Shown one piece after another: positions 1 to 12,150 of a stretch of 64,000 nucleotides of DNA; within the stretch, counting starts at the first letter, position 1, and each line of letters begins with the position of its first letter. Below the pieces are notes generated by a model. The model had not been told where the DNA came from. It did no database searches and saw only the letters and a program-made list of their open reading frames with translations. Location: assembly GCF_006345805.1 (NCBI RefSeq), contig NC_043013.1:36270001-36334000 (forward strand), written 5' to 3'. This DNA comes from Octopus sinensis. Lineage: Eukaryota. The translations under genes and the position numbers were made by a program.

Positions 1-228
1 ATGGGTCAGACACAACATATATATATATATGCATATATATGACGGGCTTCTTTCTGTTTCCATCTACCAAATCCACTCACAAGGCTTTGGTTGGCCTGAG
101 GCTAGAGTAGAAGACGCTTGCCCAAGGTGCCACGCAGTGGGACAGAACCCTGAACCATATGGTTGGTAAGCAAGCGACTTACCACAAAGCCATTCCTACG
201 CATATATACCAAAAATTAAAATTTTGGA

Positions 229-295
229 CATAAAGTTACCAAAGGTTTCCTATCCACAAAGCCAAAGCCTTGTGGAGGGCTCGTCAGACTCTATA
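229..295 (-). ncRNA. Type I hammerhead ribozyme motif in the 3' pseudo-LTR
   Basis: Minus strand: tatagagt-CTGACGA-gccc-tccacaaggc/tttg/gctttgtgga-tag-GAAAC-ctttg-GTA-actttatg. Core intact, stems I and III pair, 10-bp stem II with a mismatched base. Confidence 0.75.
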
Positions 296-364
296 CAAAG
301 ACAAAAAATTTAAACCTTCTACGTCAGGGACGTGAAGAAATGCTTAGAAATTGAGATTTAAGTC

Positions 365-922
365 TTAATATAAAAACGTTGATGAGGACGGGTTGTCTAC
401 TCTGAACCAGAGGATAAAACACCCTTTACAGACCTGAAAAAGCCTAACCAACAAACGAGAAGATCCGATTTTCCAGTAGGCAGTGCTTGAAGTGAACACA
501 TTTAGAAAAACTTCTTTACAACTATTTAACATGCCAGGTTTAGAATAGTCCTTAAGAATTTTGGCTCTCTCTGCGATGCAGATTTTGCAACTGCCACTCT
601 CATTAATATATGGTCCTGGATGAACTATTATTTTCCACCTGATATCACATGGGGTCCCTTGATCTTTGAAGTGCCACACATGGAGGGCCAGGGATGTGAC
701 AAACAGTATTTCTGGGACTCTGATGGATGACCGGTGGTTGCAGAAGTGATGTTTGAAAGATGTGCTGGCAAATCCAATATATTTACAAATTTGGGATGTG
801 GCTATTTTTGCACTCCTGGTATATCTGACAGGCTCTAGGACTAGGGATACTGTTGGTAACACCGTTGCTGACACAGTCGATATGGCACAATAATTTGGTG
901 GTGTTATCGTTGTGGTTATCAT
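365..922 (-). pseudogene. Penelope-like element GIY-YIG endonuclease fragment
   Basis: Translation has KYIGFASTSFKHHFCNHRSS...TSLALHVWHFKDQGTPCDIRWKII...CKICIAERAKIL...LNSCKE, matching the PLE endonuclease pattern (YIG, H-rich helix, W.I.W.I, CxxC, LN). RT domain absent. Confidence 0.85.
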
Positions 923-1015
923 TATTAGTCACATGGTTTGTGTTAGTGCAAGTTAAGACTTAAATCTAAATTTCCTCACATCTGCAACATAGAAAGTTTA
1001 AATTCTTTGTCCTTG

Positions 1016-1082
1016 AATAGAGTCCTATGAGCTGCCCACAAGGCTTTGGCTTTGTGGATACAAAATCTTTGGTAACTCTGTG
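1016..1082 (+). ncRNA. Degenerate hammerhead motif in the inverted pseudo-LTR
   Basis: agagt-CCTATGA-gctg-cccacaaggctttggctttgtgga-tac-AAAAT-ctttg-GTA-actct; homologous to 229-295 with a decayed core. Confidence 0.5.
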
Positions 1083-1193
1083 TCCAAAATTTAAATTTTT
1101 GCTGTAATGATTACTGCTCTATTCTTTTGAGTGTGCCTCTTTTCTGATATATGTTTTATTGACTGCATATATACATATATATATATATAATAT

Positions 1194-1249
<56 letters not shown>

Positions 1250-1448
1250 TAGATATAGATATATATACACACATACACATGTATGTAAGTATATATGTAT
1301 ATCTATTTCTATTTATCTATCTATCTCCATCAGTTCACACCTTCAGACACACACACACACACACGTGTGTATAAACACACGTGTGTTTGTTTCTTTGTGA
1401 ACTGATATAATGTTTCTGAGATTAAACTTTTACATTCATCTGTGTGAG

Positions 1449-1479
<31 letters not shown>

Positions 1480-1488
1480 GTATATATG

Positions 1489-1519
<31 letters not shown>

Positions 1520-1752
1520 CTTATGTTATGCATGAATAAATATATAATTGCATATGTATCATCAATGCATACGTGGATGTCTGCATAGATCAATGTATAA
1601 TAGATATAAATAAATTCTAATGACACTCACGCATGCACATGCACACACATACATACACACATACACACACATATATATAGATAAACAGAGACACACACAC
1701 ACATATATATATATATATACACACACATATATTTAAATATATGAACATATAT

Positions 1753-1796
<44 letters not shown>

Positions 1797-2368
1797 ATAG
1801 ATATACATACTTATACATACATATATATATATATATCTATGTATATATATGTGTATATATATGTGTGTGTGTGTGTATGTATATATACACATATATATGC
1901 TTATGTGTATGTACACACTCATATACATAATCATATATATATTCTTTCTCACTGATAATGACTCTCACGCATACACATGCTCACACACATCGCACATCAT
2001 GGCACACACTCACACACACACACACATTCATCTGTCTCAATAGATATGTTTATGTGATTATATTTAAAAATTAATGCTACCAACTCTGTCAGACATTTGC
2101 TGAATGAGATTTTCAATTTCCATAATTAAACTGGTTTTGTTGGAATAAACGACAAAATATAATATAGTCTTTTAAAAGAGAAAAATAATCTTTGTCCTGC
2201 TTTTCTGCCTCTCATTACAAATGTACAAGTTTTTGTATGTACGTATGTGCGGAGGTATGTATGCACATATGCATGTATGTATATGCACACACACACATAC
2301 ATAAATATGTTTGCATATTTATACATACATACATATATATGTATGCATATTTATACATGCATACATAC

Positions 2369-2415
<47 letters not shown>

Positions 2416-2502
2416 TATTAGAGACAAAACCACTATTTTGCAAAACAAACAAGGAAAGACTTAATCAATACATAAAATTTTAATGAATAGTCAAAAAAAC
2501 CG

Positions 2503-2545
2503 CCACTACAATTGTTTCTTGTCTTGATCGACAATCTTCAGGTGG
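2503..2545 (-). ncRNA. Minimal type I hammerhead ribozyme (mirror copy)
   Basis: Exact reverse complement of 2593-2635. Confidence 0.8.
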
Positions 2546-2592
2546 ACTTCCAATAAGTCAGTTTCAAATTATGAAACTGACTTATTGGAAGT

Positions 2593-2635
2593 CCACCTGA
2601 AGATTGTCGATCAAGACAAGAAACAATTGTAGTGG
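2593..2635 (+). ncRNA. Minimal type I hammerhead ribozyme
   Basis: ccac-CTGAAGA-ttgtc/gatcaa/gacaa-GAAAC-aatt-GTA-gtgg; all core nucleotides present, palindromic CAATTG stem III. Confidence 0.8.
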
Positions 2636-2810
2636 CGGTTTTTTTGACTATTTATTAAAATTTTATGTATTGATTAAGTCTTTCCTTGTTTGTTTTGCAA
2701 AATAGTGGTTTTGTCTCTAATAATATTTTATAATATTTTACTATAAAATTGGATTTAATCCTAAATCTGATTTTTTTCCCTGTAAATTTGGATTTATTCC
2801 CTAATATTTA

Positions 2811-2850
<40 letters not shown>

Positions 2851-2853
<3 letters not shown>

Positions 2854-3090
2854 CTATTATGCAAAGGTGCCGTAAGTCAAAAATGTTGCTTTTTCAGAAA
2901 ACGAAAAAATAGTTTCACCATTCCATAGCAAAACCGTTGTGCTACACTTTGATAACTTTTGATATTTTGGCATCTGAAGTGGCTGGAGATAAGATTTGAT
3001 CAAAAGAAGCAGCTTTTGCAAGCAAAAATGAATATTGAAAAAATTGTATTTGGCCAAATTTGGGCATACGGCAGTTTAACATAATAGCAA
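2851..3090. mobile_element. Putative MITE with ~30-bp imperfect TIRs
   Basis: ttgctattatgcaaaggtgccgtaag at the left versus the reverse complement of catacggcagtttaacataatagcaa at the right; TA-rich flanks. Confidence 0.55.
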
Positions 3091-3228
3091 TGATTTATAT
3101 ATATATATAAACAGACACATACATATATATATGTGGGCAAATGTCTTCTACTAGAGCCTTTGGGCTGACTAAGGACTTGTGGTAAGGACGTTGGATGAAG
3201 CCGGTTGTATGTGTATGAGTTTGTGTGT

Positions 3229-3268
<40 letters not shown>

Positions 3269-3505
3269 CAGTTCTTCTCTTTGTGCATGAGTGTATCTGT
3301 GTGTGAGAAAGAAAGAGAGAGAGAGTTCTTTTCCTTTGTGTGTGTGAAAAAGAGAGAGATGGATGGAGAGAGACAGAGAGTAAGAAAGGAATGGTTCTCC
3401 TTAGTAAATTTCCTTAAGGGTTGGTGTTTGTAGGAAAACTCGTAGAATCATGAAGGTGCACATGCTGTTGATTTTTTTTTTAATGTTTCTAAATGTGGTT
3501 CATAT

Positions 3506-3590
3506 ATTCACCTGATGAAAACGGTTTTTTCTAATGATGCAATGTCTCCATCAATCAATAAAAAAAACATTGGAAACAGGTGTAGTGAAT
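3506..3590 (+). ncRNA. Hammerhead-like motif with a long, decayed stem II
   Basis: attcac-CTGATGA-(54 nt partly pairing)-GAAAC-aggt-GTA-gtgaat; stem I attcac/gtgaat is perfect. Confidence 0.55.
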
Positions 3591-3659
3591 CTCGACACAT
3601 TATTCATCTGTTGCCATATATATATATATCACTATCCACTAACCCTTTTTTATTTTATC

Positions 3660-3815
3660 TCCCTGTTTATTTCTGTGTTCCTTTCTTTTGAAGAGCATAG
3701 GCTTGAAACGTAAAAGACTTTCTCACTTCTTGAGCATTAAAGTAATACATATGTTTGTTGTTTACACACCTGTCTTCGTCTTTTGTTTTTTGTAAATTCT
3801 CACTATATATATATA
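3660..3815 (+). mobile_element. Short hammerhead-bearing non-coding element, copy 1 (decayed core 3681-3717)
   Basis: cttt-CTTTTGA-a-GAGC/atag/GCTT-GAAAC-GTA-aaag; flanks align with 18780-18960. Confidence 0.6.
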
Positions 3816-3878
3816 CATATGGAATAATTACTATGAAGCATTGCATAGAATATATTGGCCTTACCCATGATCCTTTAT

Positions 3879-3917
<39 letters not shown>

Positions 3918-3924
3918 TCATATA

Positions 3925-4230
3925 TACGACGGGCTTCTTTCAGTTTTTGTCTACCAAATCCACTCACAAGGCTTTGGTTGGCCCAAGGCCTGAATAGAAG
4001 ACACTTGCCCAAAGTGCCATGCAGTGGGACTGAACCTAGAACCATGTGGTTGGGAAGCAAGCTTCTTAACACACACCCACTCCCGCACCTATATATATAT
4101 ATATATATGTCAGGCCTCTTTTAATTTTCATCTACCAAATCCACTCACAAAGGTTTGGCCAGCCCATGGCTATAGATGAAGACACTTGCCCAAGGTGCCA
4201 CTCAAAGAGACTGAATCTAAGGCAGTGACC
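3925..4230 (-). mobile_element. Two partial copies of the dominant SINE (family A)
   Basis: Shared motifs cgacgggcttctttcagt, ccaaatccactcacaagg, gaagacacttgcccaa; also present at 40-200. Confidence 0.85.
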
Positions 4231-4459
4231 TGGCAGATTTACTAGCATGCTGGGCAAAATGCTTTGCAGCATTTTGTCCATCTTAAGATTCTGAGTTCAA
4301 ATATCCTCAGGGTCAACTTTGCCTTCCATTCTTTCAGGGTTCAGTAAAAAAAGTACCAGTTGAACACTGGGATCAATGTAATTGACTTAACCCTTATTCT
4401 GAAATTGTTGGTCTTGTGCCAAAAATTTGAAACCATTATTATCATTATTACCATTATTA

Positions 4460-4493
<34 letters not shown>

Positions 4494-4700
4494 CATTAAG
4501 GTGGTGAGCCAGCAGAGTCGTTAGAACGGTGGATGAAATGCTTAGCGGTATTTCACTCGTCACAACATTCTGAGTTCAAATTCTGCTGAGGATGACTTCA
4601 CCTTTCATGCTTTCAGAGTCAATAAATTGAGTACCAGTGAAACACTTACCCCCTCCCCCACATTTCAGGCCTTGTGCCTATAGTAGAAAGGGTTATTACT
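4225..4700 (+). mobile_element. Two copies of tRNA-headed SINE family B
   Basis: ggcgagctggcaga head, gttctgagttcaaat B-box-like motif, ctttgcctttcatcctttc..gtcgataaa..agtaccag central domain. Confidence 0.8.
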
Positions 4701-4739
4701 ATTATTATTATTATTAATTATTATTATTATTATTATTAT

Positions 4740-4775
<36 letters not shown>

Positions 4776-5454
4776 CAGCAGCAGAGCAGCTGTAGTAGCA
4801 CTAGGCACCAGCTGCAGTATTAATGTAGTTGTTATATGAAACATGCCACCCATTTAGGAAATACTAGCTGTCACCACTTTTAACAAATACCGGTAATGCA
4901 AGTTCCTTTTTCTTAATTTTCTTTTTTTTACCAATGTTACCCAGCAACAACAGAATGTCTGCAATTATTTCAAACTAAGTATTTAGCATGATTAAGAAGA
5001 GATTAAAAGACTAATCTTTTGTAATCCATTTGAGTCAAACCCTCCCCCATTCTTGTAGGACTTTAAGGAAGATCTTACGAAATAATTTAACTCTGAGCCA
5101 ATGAAGTAGCTTCTGTGTTGTTATGCAGCCTGTTAGAAAGAGCAGCTAAATTCCTTTTTAATCAATTTTGTGCATGTATGTTTAGGTCACTTCCATATTT
5201 ATAAAGCTTATCCTGAGCTGGAAACATTAATTAATATAGTTGGAGACAACCCTGAAAAGGCAGTTTGATCATGGTTGGAAAGCCTTTGATCATGGTTTTA
5301 ATAGATCAGGAATGACCTATAAGAGAACGTGTAGCCATGATCATCTTGTATTTTAAGGTTATCTAATAGTATACTATTTAATGTGCCTTTATCCTTTTTC
5401 TAGAACTAAGAAGTGAGATCCTAAAACCAAAGCGCTACATGCAAAGCATTGGTG

Positions 5455-6100
5455 TGGGTGCTGGTGCCATGTAAAAAGCACTGGTGCTGGTGTCACATAA
5501 ACAGCACTGGTGTTGGTGCCACATAAAAGGCACTGGTGGTGGTGTCACATAAAAGGCACTGGTGGTGGTGCCACATAAAAGGCACTGGTGGTGGTGTCAC
5601 ATAAAAGGCACTGGTGGTGGTGTCACATAAAAGGCACTGGTGGTGGTGTCACATAAAAAGCACTGGTGGTGGTGTCACATAAAAGGCACTGGTGGTGGTG
5701 TCACATAAAAGGCACTGGTGGTGGTGTCACATAAAAGGCACTGGTGGTGGTGTCACATAAAAAGCACTGGTGGTGGTGTCACATAAAAGGCACTGGTGGT
5801 GGTGTCACATAAAAGGACTGGTGGTGGTGTCACATAAAAGGCACTGGTGGTGGTGTCACATAAAAGGCACTAGTGGTGGTGTCACATAAAAGGCACTGGT
5901 GGTGGTGTCACATAAAAGGCACTGGTGGTGGTGTCACATAAAAAGCACTGGTGGTGGTGTCACATAAAAGGCACTGGTGGTGGTGTCACATAAAAGGACT
6001 GGTGGTGGTGGTGTCACATAAAAGGCACTGGTGGTGGTGTCACATAAACAGCAGTAGTGCTGGTGCCACATAAAAAGCACAGGTGCTGGTGCCACAAAAT
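5455..6100 (+). repeat. 26-bp minisatellite, about 23-24 copies (ggtggtggtgtcacataaaaggcact)
   Basis: Directly visible tandem array with degenerate edges, inside an (ATG)n-tailed repeat ending near 6270. Confidence 0.95.
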
Positions 6101-6629
6101 GCATGCAGTCCACTCTGTACAGTGGTTGGCATTAGGAAAGACATCTAGCCATAGAAACCAAGCCAAAACAGACAATGGCACCTAGTGCGACCCCTGACCT
6201 TGCCAGTTCCTGTCAAACCGTCCAACCATGCCAGCATGGAAAATGGACATTTAATGTTGATGATGATGATTAATTTTGTGGAGATGGTAAGGTGTGATTT
6301 GAAAGAGATGTTGCTGCTATTTCTAGCTGGTTGGGTGAATGTGTAAGGGCACCAGTTTCCAATCTGGGTTCCACAAAGGTAGTACTGGTGGGGGTAGGGG
6401 TCCATGAGCTGTGTTGGAAACGGTAAAAGGCTGCAGTGTAACATGCACAATTACTCAGTTACATGTAATTAGTCAGCCATGAATATCTTTTTAATTAAGA
6501 GAAGAAAAACGTGTTTGTAGCTACTTAATAAAATCAGCTTATTGGGTTTACAGACCTTTCAAAAGAAAACCTGGCTTTTGTGGGAAAAAATAAATTTTGA
6601 AAAAAAAAGGGTTCTTGCTATCTTCTGTC

Positions 6630-7580
6630 ATTTACTTGTTTTGGTCATTTGACTGTGGCCATGCTGGAGTACTGCCTTGAATGGTTCAGTTGATGAAATC
6701 AGTTGCAGTATTTGGTTTTATTTTATGCTTTCATTTTAAGCCTTAGTTGTATTTTGAGTCTGTTTTATCAGTCTCTTTTGCTGAACTGCTTAGTTATGGG
6801 TATGTAAACAAACCAATACCAGTGTCAAGAGGGGGGTGGGACAGAACCTAAAGGCATACATATGCACACTCACACAAGCACTCAAACACACACACACACA
6901 CACCACACACACACACACACACACACTCATATACACTTACTTATACACACACACTTACATACACACATACCCGCACACATTCATACTTACACACAAACTC
7001 ACACAGGCACACACAAACATACGCACATGCACACACATACTGACACAAGCACTAACAATGCACTCAAACACACGTACACACACACACACACACATACTCA
7101 CGCATACACTCAAACACACACACTCTCTCATGCTCGCTTATTCATACACACACTCTCACATACACACTTACATACATACACACACACCCATACACACATA
7201 CACATAAACTCACACATGTACACACACACAAACACACACACACACCTATGTGCACACACGTGCATACACATACACACACGCACTCACACATGTACACACA
7301 CAAACACACACGTGCACAAATATGCACACACTCACACATGGACAAGCACAAATGCACACACACACATGCACACAAACACACACACACTCACACACTTACT
7401 CATACGATGGACTTCTACAGTGTTTCCATTTGCCAAATTCATTTCTTAAAATATCAATCAACTGGAAGCTATAGGAGGTGACACTTGCCTGAAGGTGCTG
7501 GAGAATGGGACTGAACCTAAAACCACACGGCTGCCAAGAAACCTTCTTAACCCCCCAGCCATGCCTGTGCTTGTTGTGCC
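6630..7580 (-). mobile_element. SINE family A copy split by an expanded internal (CA)n tract (6860-7400)
   Basis: 3' half at 6630-6850 and 5' half at 7400-7580 are collinear with intact copies such as 26664-27064. Confidence 0.7.
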
Positions 7581-8225
7581 TATGACTTGAAATATTGGAA
7601 ACCACTGAAATGAGTTCAATCTCAGGTGAGGTGCAAATAGGGTACCATCAGATAGAACATGGTACTGTTTAAAGTATTTAAGGCATGGTATTGTTGGATG
7701 TGCTGTAGGGTGCCTGGTGGTACAATATGGTGTGAAGTTGTTGTTGTGGTTGTAGTTCAGCTCAACCCTGATGAAGGAGACATGTAATTTATCTTTAATC
7801 TTTTACTTCTTCCAGTTATTTCAGTGTGGCCATGCTGGGGCAAAAACAATGACCCCCAGTACTTGATTTAATCCGTTTTCTTTTTTCTTTTAGATTTAGT
7901 ACTTATTTTATCAGTTGTTTTTGCTGAACTGCTATGTTACATGGAAATAAACAAACCAACACCAGTAGTGTTTCCACAACATGGATTGTTTCTTTGTCTC
8001 TGCCTGAAAGTGATAATCCCAACACTCGTCCTAGGTGAGGAAACTGTTACAACATGGCTATACACGTCTGGCGTAAAATGGATTACACAAATAAATGATT
8101 GGTCGTGGTTATCTAAAATTAGCCTGGTGCCTGGTGCAGCCATCTGGTTCGCCAGCCCTCAGTCAAACCGTCCAACTCATACTAGCATGGAAAGCAGACG
8201 TTAAACGATGATGACGATGATGATT

Positions 8226-8443
8226 GTTGTGAACACATTTTGGCTGATATACCTTCCAGCCTTCCTCGGGTGACTTGGGGAAATTTTGAACCTGGGTTCT
8301 CATTCCTAAATGAGAACCCAGGTTCAAAATTTCCCCAAGACACCTAAAGAAGGCTGAAGGGTATATCAGCTGAAACATTGTGTTAACAACAAACAAGATG
8401 AGGACAAATATCCATCGAATGTAAATAATGTAAATAATGTACA
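8226..8443. repeat. Fold-back (~80-bp arms) of the hammerhead-tail repeat also seen at 48290-48446
   Basis: ...gaacctgggttctcatt-ccta-aatgagaacccaggttc... centre near 8306; both hammerhead cores decayed. Confidence 0.8.
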
Positions 8444-8479
8444 GTATTGCCTGTTTAACTACCGACTGTTAAATCAACA

Positions 8480-9100
8480 CACGTTGAACTAACCATGGTA
8501 AACCAAAATGGTTGAACTAACACCGTTATCTATGCCCCCTGACAGTTCATTCAGTTTTTTATTTATTGCAATCAGTTGGTTCACCTTCAGTCACATGGAG
8601 GTATTCAGGATTCTTCCATCAAAGAATCATTCAAAGAAGCCATCTGGATCTGCCTCAAACAATGTCATATTTACCCATAATGTGATCAGCCTGGTACACT
8701 TTTGATCAGATGTCAGAATATGTGGCCCCCAATGAACAGAGACCTTCTTCTTATGTTAAGATCATTGTGCAGAATATTCTCAACTCTCTCATGGGATATA
8801 CTAACAACATTGGTTATTTGATTGATAGTCAATCGCCTGTCATCATTCACCATGTATTGAACATCATCACTGTTTCCTCAGTGCTGACAGTTGCAGAACC
8901 TTGAGTCATCTTCAAGACTCCTCCTTCTTCTCCAAAATTCAGCTGCCCTCTTTTGCACCGTTGATAAAGCTGGAGTGTCATCCACTAATGTATTAATTAT
9001 GTCAGTATGAGTGTCCTTGAGGGGTGGGAGCGGGCTATACCCTTTTTCTGCAGGTACCTGATAATATCACAAGGCCAAATTTTATCCAGTTTTCAAGAGA
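8480..9100 (-). pseudogene. Decayed mariner (Tc1/mariner) transposase, N-terminal part
   Basis: Minus-strand conceptual translation: LDKIW..IIRYLQKKG..LKDTHTDIINTLVDDTPALSTVQKRAAEFWRRRRSLEDDSR..MVNDDRRLTINQITNVVSISHERVENILHNDL, then in another frame TRLITLWVNMTLFEADPDGFFE. Stops and frameshifts present. Confidence 0.85.
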
Positions 9101-9189
9101 GGTCACTACTAGTTAGTTGGGAAGTTTTCTTTGAACATTCGGATACCATTTTACTTGGAGAGAAACAATGTAGTTATTAATAAGAAGTG

Positions 9190-11084
9190 TGTAAATCAAT
9201 GCAAGATTTCACAGCTTTAGTATGCATGCATGTGTGCAGGCATGTGTGTGTGTATATGTATGTATATATGTACGTATGTATGTATGTGTGTATGTATGTG
9301 TATGTATGTATGTATGTGTGTTTGTATGTTTGTATGTATGTGTATGTATGTATGTGTATATATGTGTCTGTGTATGTATGTGCGTGTATGTATATGTGTC
9401 TGTGTACGTATGTATGTGTGTGTGTATGTATGTGTGTGTTTGTATGTATGTATGTATTTATGTATGTATGTATGTGTATGTATGTATGTGTGTATATGTG
9501 TCTGTGTATGTATGTGCATGTATGTATGTGTGTCTGTGTACGTATATATGTGTGTATGTGTGTGTTTGTATGAATGTGTGTGTATGTATGTGTGTGTTTG
9601 CATGTATGTATGTGTATGTATGTATGTGTATGTATGTATGTGTATATATGTGTCTGTGTATGTATGTGCGTGTATGTATGTGTGTCTGTGTACGTATGTA
9701 TGTGCGTGTATGTATGTGTGTGTTTGTATGTATGTGTGTATGTATGTGTGTGTTTGTATGTATGTGTATGTATGTATGCATGTGTATGTGTACATGTGCG
9801 TGTATATGTGTATGCATGTATGCATGCATGTGTGTGTATGTATGTACGTATGTGTGTGTATGTCTGCATATGTGTGTATGCATGTGTGTGTATGTATGTA
9901 TGTATGTATGTATGTATGTATATCTATGAATGTATATCTATGTATCTATGTATGCATGTATGCATGCATGTGTATGTATGTAGGTATGTGTGTGTGTATG
10001 TATGTATCTATATCTATGAATGTATATGTATGTATGTATGTATGTATGCATCTATGTGTGTGTATGTGTGTTCGTATGTATGCATGTGTATGTATGTATG
10101 TATGTACATATGTGTGTGTATATATGTATATGTGTGTATGTATGTATAAATATATCTCTGTTATTGTGTATATATAAATATATATACATAAATACATACC
10201 TATTTATATGCATACGCACATGTGTGCGCGTGCACACATACACATATATATATGCATACACATACACACACATATATATACATAAATATATACATATATA
10301 TGTGCACACATATCTATATATACATACATATATATATCTATATATGTATATATATGTGTATATATTTGTGTGTGTGTATATATATATATACACTTATATA
10401 TACATACACACAACCCACATACATACATACACTCATATATATATATATATATATATATACACACTACAAGTACAGACACAAGCGTGTATACAACCATGCA
10501 TACAACAGCACCATGCATGACACGTACAACACAGTAGCACCTTTGCTATACACATATAGATCACATGGATTACACGTCCCTCCACACATGCCATACCCAC
10601 CCACACCCCTACACCAAACTTACTATACACCCAAACATTTCACAGCCCCACACCATAAAGTTAGATTTCACACCCTTCATGGACACCATACACTTTCATA
10701 CACACACACACACACACACATAACACCAATCTCAGAAATTAAACACTCACAAACACACATCACATATACGCACACACACGTGCATACATATATTCTCACA
10801 CATATTATGCATTCATTGCTGAGACCACATACACATGTATATATACACATATATGCAGATATGTGTGTGTATATATACACACATATGTATATATATATAT
10901 ACATATATATATATACACACACACACATATATGTATAAATGTGTACATATATATATATATATATACATACACACACACATATGTATGTGTGTATATATAT
11001 ACATATATATGTGCACACATATCTATATATACATACATATATATATCTATATATGTATATATATATATATATCTGTATATATAT

Positions 11085-11119
<35 letters not shown>

Positions 11120-11246
11120 CTGTATGTATACATGTATATATAAGTATATATGTGTATGTATATATCATATATGTGTGTGTGTGTATATATATACATATAC
11201 GCTCATATATATTACATGCAGCCCCTTAGTCTTACATGCACACTTA

Positions 11247-11301
<55 letters not shown>

Positions 11302-11620
11302 TATGATACGCTCCCCACCACCGTCCCATCACATGCATGCACATATATATTAGATGCACCTCCCCTCCATCATACACACTCATACACATGCATATATTAC
11401 ACCTACATATTACTCATACACACACACACACACACATGCATTATATGCTATCCCTCCCTCAAGCTCTCACACACACACACACATATGTATTACATACACC
11501 ACCCCCTCCATCGCAGGCACACACATACATATTTATTACATATATTACCCCCTCCATCATGCGAGCACACACACACACACACACACATACACACATACAT
11601 CTACATATTTGATTTACAAA
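9190..11620. repeat. Compound TG/TA/CA microsatellite field with local internal duplications
   Basis: Low-complexity sequence; a block near 10300-10360 recurs near 11010-11070. Confidence 0.9.
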
Positions 11621-11719
11621 TCAACTTGAAAGGATTAATGTTTCTCGACAGATTCTATAATTAATCCCACCATGTTGATTGAAGTAATTTCTAACGATAC
11701 TTCCTTTCATACATGGCTG

Positions 11720-11934
11720 ACACCACCACTACTACTACCACCAGCACCACTACCGCCGCCGCCGCCGACAACAGCACAACCACAGCCACCACTACCACCC
11801 CCACCGCCCACGCCAACATCACCTACAACAACAAAACTACCCCTACCAGAACCACTACCAAAACCACGAACATCACCACCACCATCACCAGCACCAGCAC
11901 CACAACCACTACCAACACTGCCTGCACCACTACC

Positions 11935-11966
<32 letters not shown>

Positions 11967-12150
11967 CAACACAACAACAACAACACAACCACTAACCAAC
12001 CCCTCCACCACCACCACCACCACCACTACTAACACCATTACCACCATCACCAGCACCACCACCAGCATCATCAGCAACACCCCACCACAACTACTCTACC
12101 ATCAATCCCATCACCACCACTCACCACCACAACCATTACCACAATGAGCC
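11720..12150. repeat. (ACC/ACA)n trinucleotide low-complexity tract
   Basis: Direct inspection; similar tracts at 40730-41130 and 50500-51220. Confidence 0.9.

Larger units (their letters stand above)
211..1100 (-). mobile_element. Truncated Penelope-like element with inverted pseudo-LTRs (211-368 and 953-1100)
   Basis: Two diverged ~150-bp arms in inverted orientation flank the GIY-YIG fragment; each arm contains a hammerhead-like motif. Confidence 0.8.
2406..2732. repeat. 327-bp near-perfect palindrome (161-bp arms, 5-nt loop at 2567-2571)
   Basis: Arms are reverse complements about position 2569; I found one mismatch (g2485). Confidence 0.95.

Noticed and set aside
5455-6100. CRISPR-like appearance of the 26-bp array
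   Set aside because: No unique spacers, no cas genes, eukaryotic context.
7765-7800. Isolated CTGATGA/CTGAAGA hits (also near 17943, 18146, 26318, 29482, 37122)
   Set aside because: No matching paired GAAAC/NUH half.
11672-12147. Pro/Thr-rich mucin- or extensin-like ORFs
   Set aside because: (ACC)n low complexity, open in several frames, no convincing splice sites.
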